This document shows positions 10,801 to 19,703 of a stretch of DNA of 64,000 bases, piece after piece. Both the position numbers and the translations under genes were made by a program. Within the stretch, counting starts at the first letter, position 1; every line of letters starts with the position of its first letter. The notes below the pieces were generated by a model, which was not told the DNA's origin, ran no database searches, and saw only the letters and a program-made list of their open reading frames with translations. This DNA is from an uncultured Actinomycetota bacterium. Its GTDB lineage: Bacteria; Actinomycetota; Actinomycetes; CAVWCF01. Location of the stretch: NCBI GenBank assembly GCA_963753435.1, contig CAVWCF010000002.1:96001-160000 (forward strand). The letters run 5' to 3'.

Positions 10801-12360
10801 AGTCATGCTGGGGGTTGACAGACTTCCCGAATGCTTGAAGTAGCCGGAGAAGTAGACACGATCGTTGGCTGCAGAGGCATCGACGCCAACGGTCACGCCG
10901 TTGATCAACGGTTGCCAAGAACGATCTACAGCCCCAGTGGCCCAGTCGACTTTCGCGCCATTCCACGACGATGCGGTGAGCCCATTGTCCCCAGTCAAGT
11001 GAGTGAATTCACCTGCGATATACAAATGTCCGGATTGAGTGTCGAAACCCCGGACTTGTACCGCGCCGCCGATTATGCGATTCTCGATGTCAATTTGCCA
11101 GCCCGCTACCTGCCCCGAGGCAGCGTCAAGCTGAACGAAGCCCAGGTGCGGGCTGCCGTTGACAGTTGTGAATTCCCCTCCAACAGCGAGGCGGTTTCCA
11201 GGCAAACTGACCAGCGCCTTTACCTGGCCGTCGAGGGCTGGTCGGAAGGTCTGGATCAACTCGCCGCTGTTCACATCGAATCCGGCCAGGTACGGCTGGT
11301 CGACCTGATCTGCCCCGGTTGAAGTCCGGTCGCGCTGCACGTATCGGAAGTTGCCGCCCACGAATACGGTGTCCCCAACCTGCGCGAAGGCCTGCACCTC
11401 TGAGTCCAATTCGCCCGAGTCCCCATTTGCAAGTCCGGTGACACCCCAAACCCTGGGCTCGGCATAACTTGATACCTGCGAGCGCTGTTCTTGCTTGGCG
11501 GTCCCGCTGTCGGGAATTGGCGCGAAATTCATCCCCGCCACGGTCACCTGCGGGCGGATCCACATCTGCGTAAATGGCCGGGCGCCCCCCCAACCGTCGT
11601 TGTACGACCAGAGGTATGCGTCAGAATCAGTGGAGCCGACGACGCCTGACCCGTACGCGAAGCCTGCTCGATAACCTTGGTTGCTTGGAGTGTCGACCAC
11701 GACTCGGTTGAATCCGCTTCCGCTTCCGAAACTCGCCGTGGTACCGCCGGAACCGTTGGTGCCATCAATAGTCCATGCGCCGACCCGGTTCTCCGCGCCG
11801 AATGTCCACGTCCAGCGGTCTGCCTTGGTTAGCTTGAAGCGGACCTCTTGGAAGTCTGTTCCTTGGGCGTCGGTGGCACGGCGTAGCCGAATCCCGTCGG
11901 CCAACTGGTCGGGTCTGGAGCCATTCAGCAGTCCATCGACGGTGCTGCTCGAGAGTTGCGCTGGAGGAAAAGCGTCTATGCCATCGACAGGCGTGTGAAC
12001 CTGATTGGGTCGAAGGCCCTGGTAGTAGCCCTTCCAGGACTCTCGACCGCGGCCGATGAGAACCCACCCGCCGCCATCTGTGGTCATGTCGCAATAGAAC
12101 AACTGCGGCGCTTGCAGCGTCGGCGTAATCAGCCAGTAGGTGCCATCGGTGGAATCCGGGTAGTTCTTCTTGACTTCCCAGCACGACCCGGCCGCGGTCG
12201 AGGCCGACACCCCATCGGGAGGTGTTGGCTCGGCGGCGGCGGCGGCGCTTGGAAACGCAAGCAAGCCCGCCACCATCGCCGTCGAGCCGGCTATCGCCAA
12301 CCATTGGCGGCCCAAGAGACCTGACGGCATGTCATCAGACAGCCAGCGCATACCCGCCAT
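7888..12360 (-). CDS. Large secreted protein: fibrinogen-like (YCDMTTDGGGW) domain, beta-propeller-like region, FN3 domains and three jelly-roll-like repeats
   Basis: Signal-like N-terminus; SCWEVKK..DGTYWL..FYCDMTTDGGGWVLIG; repeated VGGxF/AGxF blades; DSTAPTTP...FN3; DDGVxVYxNGxExGRxNLP repeats. ATG 12360 has an AAGGGGG SD. Confidence 0.85.
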   Translation of the reverse strand: MAGMRWLSDDMPSGLLGRQWLAIAGSTAMVAGLLAFPSAAAAAEPTPPDGVSASTAAGSCWEVKKNYPDSTDGTYWLITPTLQAPQLFYCDMTTDGGGWVLIGRGRESWKGYYQGLRPNQVHTPVDGIDAFPPAQLSSSTVDGLLNGSRPDQLADGIRLRRATDAQGTDFQEVRFKLTKADRWTWTFGAENRVGAWTIDGTNGSGGTTASFGSGSGFNRVVVDTPSNQGYRAGFAYGSGVVGSTDSDAYLWSYNDGWGGARPFTQMWIRPQVTVAGMNFAPIPDSGTAKQEQRSQVSSYAEPRVWGVTGLANGDSGELDSEVQAFAQVGDTVFVGGNFRYVQRDRTSTGADQVDQPYLAGFDVNSGELIQTFRPALDGQVKALVSLPGNRLAVGGEFTTVNGSPHLGFVQLDAASGQVAGWQIDIENRIIGGAVQVRGFDTQSGHLYIAGEFTHLTGDNGLTASSWNGAKVDWATGAVDRSWQPLINGVTVGVDASAANDRVYFSGYFKHSGSLSTPSMTALVKDTAQVVTPVWSPTFSKSGVNGDGEITGNVWQLGIKEVAGRVYVAGSEHSLFGYQRDDFSLVSGSITKVGGDFQTVNASNDTVYAGCHCGDWVYEDAYTWSNVGNAWTHADKITLVGAWDAATGDVLPDFGPVLTARRGYGVWATFIDSSGALWVGGDLDTSEKAESSRQWSGGFARFPLRDSTAPTTPTSLTEEVVASDLRLSWSGSTDNSGSVSYEVLRDDRVVAVTSATEAVLPAQTTSARYFVRAVDGAGNRSASTHVLVVSAAPETATLISEGSAWNWRFDATAPPADWRDPEFDDSEWPTGSAVLGFGTPDLSTDIGVGAPSPRPLAAQFRQEFNIDDASAIAEGGVTVIADDGVVVYVNGTEVGRSNLPTGPISSSTYATAAPTAFTAANSPAVFVVPGGLLNTGTNVVAAETHLNYRSTRDASFDLRLEGVLGTPPPPVAPSVAGESLSFDTVNLTWTDPPTTTAVEYRISRDGSLIASVPAPDHEYTDVDLEANTTYAYSVIGVDALGRVSTPGSTTVTTQPQPPPPPLVSNLSTWSWRYADSEPDPGWTAVGYDDGDWASGSALLGFGSNDIATDISEGAPSPRPLAAQFRHVFDIEDPAAFASAMVTAIADDGVIVYLNGIEIGRANLPSGPITASTWATAAPRTRTAEADRVTFTIPVSAFVAGPNVITAETHLNYRSTRDASFDLRLEGVLGTPPPPVAPSVAGESLSFDTVNLTWTDPPTTTAVEYRISRDGSLIASVPAPDHEYTDVDLEANTTYAYSVIGVDALGRVSTPGSTTVTTQPQPPPPPLVSNLSTWSWRYADSEPDPGWTAVGYDDGDWASGSALLGFGSNDIATDISEGAPSPRPLAAQFRHVFDIEDPAAFASAMVTAIADDGVIVYLNGIEIGRANLPSGPITASTWATAAPRTRTAEADRVTFTIPVSAFVAGPNVITAETHLNYRNTRDASFDLSIITT
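7907..9540. repeat. Tandem 792-bp (264-aa) near-exact duplication, about 2.06 units
   Basis: atctctggtg recurs at 7921, 8713 and 9505; units are identical except for a couple of changes at the gene 3' end. Confidence 0.95.
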
Positions 12361-12374
12361 GGCGGTTGCCCCCT

Positions 12375-13044
12375 TTAGGTCCCGCAACGATCATCAGTCG
12401 GGACGATGTGTTCCGACACTCTCCAGCCCGCACCTCTCATCTCTACGACGTATTGATGAGACACGGGCCTATTAGGACGGTACAAGCGGGGACCCAGAGA
12501 CGCACCCGAATTATCAAGAACATCAATCTCGGTCGCATCCAGGCATGCCTCAAGCCGAACCGAGTCTGTCTCAGGAGTCTCTACCTCCACTTGCGTCACA
12601 TCAATCACACGGATCGAACCCACCTGCCGCAGACCCTCAGCGTTGAATTGGGCGAGGCGGGCTTCCACTTCGCCCAGTGCCGACCCGGTTGCCAGTCTTG
12701 CGAGGTCCGAAGGCGCTTCGCGTGCACGCCTCAGCAGAAGGTCCGATGTCCTCGAGGAATTCGCGCAGAGTCGACTCTGCGCTGACGTCTGCCACAGAAC
12801 CGGCGCCTGGGGACGCCGATGGTGAGACGGTTTGACTCGTCGGCGGATCGCTGGCTCGGTTTGCCATGGGTGGTGAAGCTGTCGACGGCCGCACTGAGGG
12901 TGTAGCTCCTGCATCCGGAGTCGCGGGTCCTGGACCCCCACCCGCTAGCCACGCGACTATTCCAGTCAGGGTGACAGCAGAGGCGACGATGAGTAGGACA
13001 GTTCGTAGAACTCCCCACGGCTTGCCGGTCGCTGGCTCATTCAT
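12375..13044 (-). CDS. Membrane-anchored hypothetical protein, frameshifted near 12750
   Basis: ORF 12637-13044 gives a TM helix, a Pro/Ser linker and TLREFLE. The frame ending at 12375 continues TSDLLL..LATGSAL..RLEACLD..GWRV. Length is 3n+1; SD GGAGG precedes ATG 13044. Confidence 0.7.
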
Positions 13045-13196
13045 CTCTAGGTTCCTCCAGCCGCATTGAGGCAGTAGGAGCTGTGGCCCTCTCTGTGGTT
13101 CGATCTCTCAGGTGAGATTATGCGGCACTGCCAAACACGCGTGGCACCGCCGAAAAAGGGAAAGCCCATTACGAGTACGGCTGGGAGCATAAGCAG

Positions 13197-13218
13197 ATCA
13201 GTCGTTAGGGTGACTGAT
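13197..13218. terminator. Hairpin downstream of the CW_binding_2 gene
   Basis: ATCAGTC-N8-GACTGAT inverted repeat ending ~12 bp after the stop codon. Confidence 0.35.
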
Positions 13219-13230
13219 GCCTGTCTGCGT

Positions 13231-15052
13231 TCAGGGGCTGATATCGCAGGAGGTGGCCCCAACGCCCGCTGCCCCGCAGATGACATCTGCGGTAGTCGTC
13301 GACACCACACCCGTGCCGCCCAACACCAACCCGGTGAGCGCATCCTCCGCTGCTCTGAGGTTGCCGATGTACGACAGGGACGTGGACGGCATCGCAGTCG
13401 CCGCGGATAGCAGCAACGGGTGACTTGCTCGGCCTAGTATTGCGGATCCGGCGAGCGCGTCCGGGAAGTTCAGGCCGGTCGCCACCCCGAAACCGGTGAC
13501 CCCACTTCCGGCGGGGAATTCGAACTTGGCCAGATTCAATGCCGTCTCGAACCGGTTCGCGCCAGTGATGCAGTAGATGTCGGAGTCATCGTCACAGCCG
13601 GCGAGGTTGTCGATTGCGGTGACCGCGGGGCCGCCGACGGCAATGATCTCGCTGTCATAAGAGGCGATGAAGGCGTCTTGCAGGTAGTCCATGACCGGAT
13701 CGGTCAGCACTGTGCCTTTGCTGAGCAGGACCACGCCCGGGCTGGTCGACCCGCGGTAGTTGTACGCGGAAGCCGCAGTCGCCGCCGCCAATCCATCGGG
13801 AAAGTCTGTCCCAGTCGCGACGAACAGATGCTTTGCAGACTCACCCAACTCGACCTGCACGCGGTCCCCGATCGCCAACGCCGTGGCGTACCGATCCGCA
13901 CCTGCCACCCGGACTGCATCGAAACCAGCCCCTGCCAGCGCCAATTCGACCGCGGCAGACAGGGCCCCCTTGCCCCCCAACAAGTAGACGGTGCCGCCAC
14001 CCGGCAGCACCCGCTGAATCTCGGCCAACGTGTCAGCACGCAACGCCGTCGGCGCAGTCAACAACATGGGACCATCAACCGTCGTCGCCAACGCACCCCC
14101 CGGCAGCGCATCGGCGAATCCATCTCCACGCGCCAAGACCACCGCGCCAGCATCTTCATCGGCGAATGTGAATTGCGACCCGGCGATCGCCGTTTCGTAG
14201 CGACTCGCACCCGCCAACCGGAACAAAGCAGAAGACTTCGCGGCGGTGATCGTCACCTGCCCGTCACCAGACTGCACACCGGCGGTGAGCGACACGCCTG
14301 TTGCGTCGGCGCGGGCGTGGCCAGAGCCGCCGCCACCGCCGCCGGCTTCAACGACCCCGCCGCCGCCGCCACCGCCGTACCAGCCGCCACCGCCGCCACC
14401 AGCACCATCGAGGTCACCGCTGCCCATGCCGCCCACGCCGAAAGCACCCGAAGCCCCACCTGAAGAGGGGGTTCCAGCCGCGCCGCCGGTGGTCTGCGTC
14501 CCCCCCACCGCCACTGGCGCCAGCACCACCGCCGTCGCCCAGCTCGCCATCCAGACCGCCGCCATCGCCGCCGGCCCCGACACCGGCAAAGTTGCCGCCG
14601 CCGCCACCACCACCACCGGCGACGACAACCCGGTCATCCAGGGTGGTGCCATTTAGACGCACGTCAGAAGCGCCACCACCGCCACCACCGTGGAAATCAG
14701 AGGAGGGGCCGGCATAGCCGCCGCCGTTGGTGCCGCCTGCGCCACCGCCACCGTCCTCGCCAGCTCCGCCGACGAACACGTACAACGCTTCACCGGGAGT
14801 CACCTCAATGGTGGCCGTCGCCGATCCCCCTAGTCCGCCGGTACCGCCTGGGGCTCCGTCGCCACCTTGCGCACCCAACGCTTCGATCGTCACCGACGTC
14901 ACGCCCTCCGGCACCACATACGAACCGTTAGTGGTGAACACCACAGGATCCGAGTCCGCGGCGACTGCAGGTGTACCACCCGTGGCCACGACAGAAATGC
15001 TCAACACGCCAGCCCCGGCGGCGGCACCCAAACGGTTCACAACAGTACGCAC
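13231..15052 (-). CDS. Glycine-rich secreted protein with three cell-wall-binding repeat 2 (CW_binding_2) modules; frameshift in G7 run at 14500-14506
   Basis: Signal peptide; YVVPEGVTSVTIEALGAQGG..GGGGGASDVR..RVVVAGGGGG Gly-rich domain; RLAGASRYETA/RVAGADRYATA/GANRFETA and DGFADAL/TDFPDGL/LNFPDAL repeats. Two track ORFs join across the G7 run. Confidence 0.8.
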
Positions 15053-15168
15053 GACAAGTTCCCCTCTGACAGCGGCCCGAGTCGAGCCTAGTCGCTTACA
15101 CGGCTGAGCTACGGGGCTCTTGCGCATGCTGCGCCGATAGATTGGGGAACACGCCTGCGCCCAAGCCG

Positions 15169-15630
15169 CTATTCCGATTGCACCTCTTCCAGGTGCTCGG
15201 CCACCTTGGCGCAGGCCCGACCGAGGGCGGTGAACTCTGCCGCTGAGAGTGGATCCAGCAGGTGGGTTCGCACGCCCTCCACGTGATCAGGCGCGGCTGC
15301 CACCAAGGCGTCCCAACCGTGGTCGGTAAGGACCGCCCACTGCCCACGCTTGTCGTCGGCACAAGGCTGTCGGCTGACCAGGTCGAGGCTCTCCATCCGG
15401 CTGATCTGGTGTGACAGCCGACTGCGCGAGGACAAAGCCTTCCGGGCGAGTTCGCTCATGCGCAGGCGACGATCCGGGGATTCCGACAGCCGAACGAGGA
15501 TCTCGTAGTCCGCAAGCGACAGGCCGTGCGCCTCCTGGAGTTCCCGCTGCAACTGCTCGGCCAGCAGGGCATTGGCGGTCAACCAGGCGCGCCAGTGCTG
15601 CTGCTCCGTTGCGGACAACCAGCGGGTCAT
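15169..15630 (-). CDS. MarR family transcriptional regulator
   Basis: LRMSELA..SRSRLSHQISRME, DDKRG; TAGACT -10 box 6 nt before ATG. Confidence 0.9.
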   Translation of the reverse strand: MTRWLSATEQQHWRAWLTANALLAEQLQRELQEAHGLSLADYEILVRLSESPDRRLRMSELARKALSSRSRLSHQISRMESLDLVSRQPCADDKRGQWAVLTDHGWDALVAAAPDHVEGVRTHLLDPLSAAEFTALGRACAKVAEHLEEVQSE

Positions 15631-15699
15631 GTGATCAGTCTAGGGGATTGTTGAACTCCGTACTACTTGTCTGCGGCTGCGGCCGATGCGCGGCTGGAG

Positions 15700-16548
15700 T
15701 CAGGGCAGGGTCAGCACGTCGGCGCCGGCGGCGGTGACCACGATCGTGTGCTCGAACTGCGCCGACCGCTTGCGGTCCTTGGTCACCACTGTCCAACCGT
15801 CGTCCCAGATGTCGTAGTCGATAGTCCCCAGTGTGAGCATCGGCTCGATCGTGAACGTCATACCTTCGCGTATCAGCTCGGTCGCGTTCGGGTCGTCGTA
15901 GTGGGGGATGATCAAGCCCGAATGGAACGCCTCGCCGATGCCGTGCCCGGTGAAGTCGCGAACGACGCCGTAGTCGAAGCGTTTGGCATAGGACTCGATC
16001 ACGCGGCCGATGACGTTGATGGGCCGCCCGGGTGCGACGGCCTTGATCGCCCGCAGCAGCGCTTCCTCGGTGCGTTCCACTAGCAACCTGGACTCTTCGT
16101 CCACATCGCCGACCAGATAGGTGGCGTCCGTGTCCCCATGCACGCCATCGATGTATGCAGTGATGTCGATGTTGACGATGTCACCATCGCGCAGTTCATA
16201 CGAGTCGGGGATGCCATGGCAGATCACTTCGTTGACGGAAGTGCACAGCGACTTAGGGAAGCCCCGGTAGCCCAAGGTCGAAGGGTAGGCGCCGTGGTCG
16301 AGGAGGAACTCGTGCCCAATTCGGTCCAGCTCGTCGGTAGTCACCCCGGGGGCGATGGCGGCGGCCGCCGCCCCCATTGCACGTGCCGCGATGCGGCCGG
16401 CCACGCGCATCCGCTCAATCGTTTCGGCGTCCTTGACGTCCGAACCACGAAACGGCGAGGGGCCGCGCTTGCCCACGTACTCGGGTCGCGCTATCTCGCC
16501 GGGCACCGATCTCAACGGGCCCACGACACCGGGGCGCAGTAGCGACAT
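15700..16548 (-). CDS. map: Type I methionine aminopeptidase
   Basis: [39 protein letters not shown]. True start is MSLLRPG, with TACACT 7 nt upstream. Confidence 0.95.
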   Translation of the reverse strand: MSLLRPGVVGPLRSVPGEIARPEYVGKRGPSPFRGSDVKDAETIERMRVAGRIAARAMGAAAAAIAPGVTTDELDRIGHEFLLDHGAYPSTLGYRGFPKSLCTSVNEVICHGIPDSYELRDGDIVNIDITAYIDGVHGDTDATYLVGDVDEESRLLVERTEEALLRAIKAVAPGRPINVIGRVIESYAKRFDYGVVRDFTGHGIGEAFHSGLIIPHYDDPNATELIREGMTFTIEPMLTLGTIDYDIWDDGWTVVTKDRKRSAQFEHTIVVTAAGADVLTLP

Positions 16549-16585
16549 GATGTGGAGTGTAAGTCGCGACCAAGATGGAGGACCG

Positions 16586-16792
16586 ATGTCCGGATCCTGG
16601 TGGTGGTGCACCACACACGAGGCCGTTGAGCCCAACGATGGTTGTCCCAACGCGGTGCGGCTGGGTCCGTACGAATCAGCGAAGGAAGCTGAGCATGCGG
16701 TGGAGCTGGCCCACGAGCGCACAGAAGCGTGGGATGCGGAGGATCGGGCCTGGGAGCGGGGTGGCCCGGCTACTGAGCCCGGCGACGACTGA
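16586..16792 (+). CDS. Small conserved actinobacterial protein (WC..H..VE...C....RLGPY)
   Basis: GGAGG SD; divergent from map, as is common in actinobacteria. Confidence 0.7.
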   Translation: MSGSWWWCTTHEAVEPNDGCPNAVRLGPYESAKEAEHAVELAHERTEAWDAEDRAWERGGPATEPGDD

Positions 16793-16820
16793 CTTCGCCC
16801 GCACCTGGAGCACCCCAAAC

Positions 16821-16855
16821 TGAAGGGGGCCGCCCGCATCGGACGGCCCCCTTCA
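16821..16855. terminator. Bidirectional terminator-like hairpin
   Basis: TGAAGGGGGCCG...CGGCCCCCTTCA 12-bp stem between convergent genes. Confidence 0.75.
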
Positions 16856-16865
16856 ACGGTCCTAT

Positions 16866-17361
16866 CTAGCGACGACGAGTCGCCTTCTTTGCCGGCGCGC
16901 GCTTGGTTCGCCCTCTTTGCTGGCGCGCGCTTGGTGGTCTTCTTGGCGGCCTTCTTTGCTGGCGCGCGCTTGGTGGTCTTCTTGGCGGCCTTCTTTGCTG
17001 GCGCGCGCTTGGTGGTCTTCTTGGCGGCCTTCTTTGCTGGCGCGCGCTTGGTGGTCTTCTTGGCGGCCTTCTTTGCTGGCGCGCGCTTGGTGGTCTTCTT
17101 GGCGGCCTTCTTTGCTGGCGCGCGCTTGGTGGTCTTCTTGGCGGCCTTCTTTGCTGGCGCGCGCTTGGTGGTCTTCTTGGCGGTGCGCTTGGTCGCCTTC
17201 TTTGCCGGCGCCCGCTTGGTGGTCTTCTTGGCGGTGCGCTTGGTCGCCTTCTTTGCCGGCGCCCGCTTGGTGGTCTTCTTGGCCGCAGTGCGCTTCGCGG
17301 TCGTGCGCTTGCGCGTCGACTTCTTTGCAGCCGACTTCTTGGCCGTGGTCCTTGCCGCCAC
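16866..17361 (-). CDS. Lys/Ala/Arg-rich histone H1-like repeat protein (~164 aa), one extra base near 16907
   Basis: GGAGG SD then GTG 17361; [12 protein letters not shown] repeats; ends [13 protein letters not shown]-stop at 16866 in the shifted frame, followed by a hairpin. Confidence 0.75.
16884..17283. repeat. Coding tandem repeat: 39-bp units (core seen 7 times) plus two 51-bp variants
   Basis: tggcgcgcgcttggtggtcttcttggcggccttctttgc with period 39 from ~16921 to ~17180, then two 51-bp units. Confidence 0.95.
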
Positions 17362-17475
17362 GTCATCCTCCAAAACTCGTGTGTCCGCAATCCACGGACC
17401 GGTCATGCCGAAGCGTGGCAAAGATGGAGCGATCTCGCACGTACAACGCAAGCAATAGTTGGGTGCGTGTCGAAT

Positions 17476-18075
17476 TCAACGATTGTGCGCGGGACCCGAA
17501 ATCGCATCGAGCATTCGGGACAAACGGTCACGGAAGCCACCGTTGCGCGTGCGCGCAACCTCACCAGCAGCACTGCTAACGAAGTGCTGAACGGTGTCGA
17601 AAGACAAGTCCGGAACAACCAAGTCGGCCTCGCACAGCGACAGTGATTCGTGCGCTAGTCCGTTTAACTCGCTGTCGCCAGTGTCCAACGCAAGCACTGT
17701 TGCACCGCGACGACGCGCGTCTGCTGTTCGTTCCAGCAACGGCACGTTCCCCATTTCATCGCTCACCACAAACACCGCTTCACCGCGGCTGACTGCCTCC
17801 AGTCGTGCCAGCGATACCGACAAGTGTTGTGGTGCACCCGCTGGCACAACCCAACGCACCAACGTCGGAGCGAGTTCGGGGGCGTCGGCCCATCGGGCCT
17901 CGTCGGTCAGGTGAGCTGCCAGGTGCCAAGGCTCCTCTTGCGGGGTGCCGATTAGCAGCAGGGACTCACGAACGCGGGCGGCGTCGCGGACTGAGCGGGC
18001 GAAGGATCGGGTTCGATCCACCCAGCCAGTCCCGGCCAAGGCCTCCCGCAGGAACTCGACCTGCTGCGCATCCAT
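17476..18075 (-). CDS. Conserved actinobacterial hypothetical protein
   Basis: LLLIGTPQEEPWHLAAHL, LLERTADARRRGATVLAL; lies next to npdG. Confidence 0.7.
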   Translation of the reverse strand: MDAQQVEFLREALAGTGWVDRTRSFARSVRDAARVRESLLLIGTPQEEPWHLAAHLTDEARWADAPELAPTLVRWVVPAGAPQHLSVSLARLEAVSRGEAVFVVSDEMGNVPLLERTADARRRGATVLALDTGDSELNGLAHESLSLCEADLVVPDLSFDTVQHFVSSAAGEVARTRNGGFRDRLSRMLDAISGPAHNR

Positions 18076-18121
18076 GCTGGCCATGTAATCAGTCGGTTGG
18101 GGTGACTGACAGGATTGACAC

Positions 18122-18802
18122 ATGAGTACTACGGATGCAGGCGCGCAGTCGGTCGACGTGGACGCGTTGGTAGTAGGCGTGTTGGGCGGCACGGGGGAGC
18201 AGGGCCGTGGCCTGGCGCACCGGCTGAGCGCGGCGGGCCTGCGCATCGTGATCGGATCTCGGTCCGCGGAGCGGGCCATGGCCGCGGCCGCGGAACTGGG
18301 CAACGGCGTCGAAGGCGCTGGCAACGACGAGTGCGCGGCACGCAGCGACGTGGTCATAGTCGCCGTGCCTTGGGACGGACATCAGGAACTCCTCGGCCAA
18401 CTCCGGGAGACGTTGTCGGGCAAAGTGGTAATCGACTGTGTAAACCCGCTCGGCTTCGACAAGTCCGGTCCGTTCGCGCTGGCGGTGCCGGAGGGGTCGG
18501 CGGCGCAGCAGGCCGCCGCGTTGCTGCCGGATTCGACCGTCGTAGGCGCCTTCCACCACGTTTCGGCGGTGCTGCTGCTGGACCCGGAGGTCGCCACCAT
18601 CGACACCGACGTGCTGGTTGTTGGGGACTCCCGGCAGGCAACGGACCTGGCGCAGGCGCTTGCCGAACGCATCCCCGGCATGCGCGGTGTGTACGCGGGT
18701 CGGCTACGAAACGCGCACCAGATCGAGGCAATGACGGCCAACTTGATCGCGATCAATCGGCGATACAAGGCGCACGCCGGGTTGCGCGTAACCGACGTCT
18801 GA
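18122..18802 (+). CDS. npdG: NADPH-dependent F420 reductase
   Basis: GVLGGTGEQGRGLA, IGSRS, VAVPW, DCVNPL, GAFHHVSA. Confidence 0.9.
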   Translation: MSTTDAGAQSVDVDALVVGVLGGTGEQGRGLAHRLSAAGLRIVIGSRSAERAMAAAAELGNGVEGAGNDECAARSDVVIVAVPWDGHQELLGQLRETLSGKVVIDCVNPLGFDKSGPFALAVPEGSAAQQAAALLPDSTVVGAFHHVSAVLLLDPEVATIDTDVLVVGDSRQATDLAQALAERIPGMRGVYAGRLRNAHQIEAMTANLIAINRRYKAHAGLRVTDV

Positions 18803-18804
18803 CG

Positions 18805-19635
18805 TCAGTCGTACTGGTGCTCTGGTCCGGGGTAATCCCCGGCAACCACATCGCCAGCCCAACGTTGGGCCGCGTCGCTGAGGACGCCTCGCACGTCGGC
18901 GTACCTCTTGACGAACCGGGGGACTCGTTCGGTGAGTCCGGCCAAGTCCTGCCAGACGAGCACCTGGGCATCGCAATGCGGGCCGGCGCCGATACCGATT
19001 GTGGCGATGTCCACCGATGCCGTCACTTGGCCGGCCAAGTCGGCGGGGACCACCTCAAGAACCACTGAGAACGCCCCGGCCTGCTGCAAGGCCTTGGCGT
19101 CTGCCAGCAGCTGTTCGCCGGATGCTCCGCGCCCCTGCACCCGATATCCGCCGAACACGTTGACGGACTGCGGCGTCAGACCCAAGTGGGCCATGACCGG
19201 GATCCCCGCACCCACCAAGGCCTCGACTTGGGGGAGTACCCGGGCCCCGCCCTCGAGCTTCACTGCGTGCGCGCCGGCCTCCTTGATGAATCGAGCCGCG
19301 GTCGCCAAGGCCTGCGCCGGTCCGGCTTGGTAGGAGCCGAACGGAAGGTCGGCGACGACCATGGCCCGTTTCGTTCCACGTGTCACGGCAGCGACCAAGG
19401 GCAGCATCTCGTCCACCGTCACGGGCAGTGTCTGCTCGTGTCCGTAGACCACCATCGCCGCCGAGTCTCCAACCAGCAGCACCGGGATGCCCGCTTCGTC
19501 AAAGACGCCGGCGGTCATGGCGTCGTAGGCGGTGAGCATCGGCCACTTCTCGCCGCTTTGTTTGGCGGAGGCGATGTCCAGAACGCTGATGCGCCGCTGC
19601 TGATGACCGCCGTACAGGGGCTCGGACGCACTCAC
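18805..19635 (-). CDS. panB: 3-methyl-2-oxobutanoate hydroxymethyltransferase
   Basis: [39 protein letters not shown]. Confidence 0.95.
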   Translation of the reverse strand: MSASEPLYGGHQQRRISVLDIASAKQSGEKWPMLTAYDAMTAGVFDEAGIPVLLVGDSAAMVVYGHEQTLPVTVDEMLPLVAAVTRGTKRAMVVADLPFGSYQAGPAQALATAARFIKEAGAHAVKLEGGARVLPQVEALVGAGIPVMAHLGLTPQSVNVFGGYRVQGRGASGEQLLADAKALQQAGAFSVVLEVVPADLAGQVTASVDIATIGIGAGPHCDAQVLVWQDLAGLTERVPRFVKRYADVRGVLSDAAQRWAGDVVAGDYPGPEHQYD

Positions 19636-19703
19636 GTGGTCATTGTGACACCCGAGCCCTACGCTTTCGCCACCGCAGCGACCAGCGGGCTGGAGGCCCA
19701 ACA

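Noticed and set aside
14250-14870. PE-PGRS-like call for the glycine-rich segment
   Set aside because: No PE domain; the protein has a Sec signal, Gly-rich domain motifs (ASDVR, RVVVAGG) and CW_binding_2 repeats.
16884-17283. 39-bp repeats as a possible CRISPR array
   Set aside because: Direct tandem units with no unique spacers, length a multiple of 3, coding, and no cas genes.
15700-17451. 583-aa ORF suggesting a histone-like/methionine aminopeptidase fusion
   Set aside because: Artefact of the extra base near 16907. The frame crosses a terminator and an opposite-strand gene, and map has its own promoter and start at 16548.
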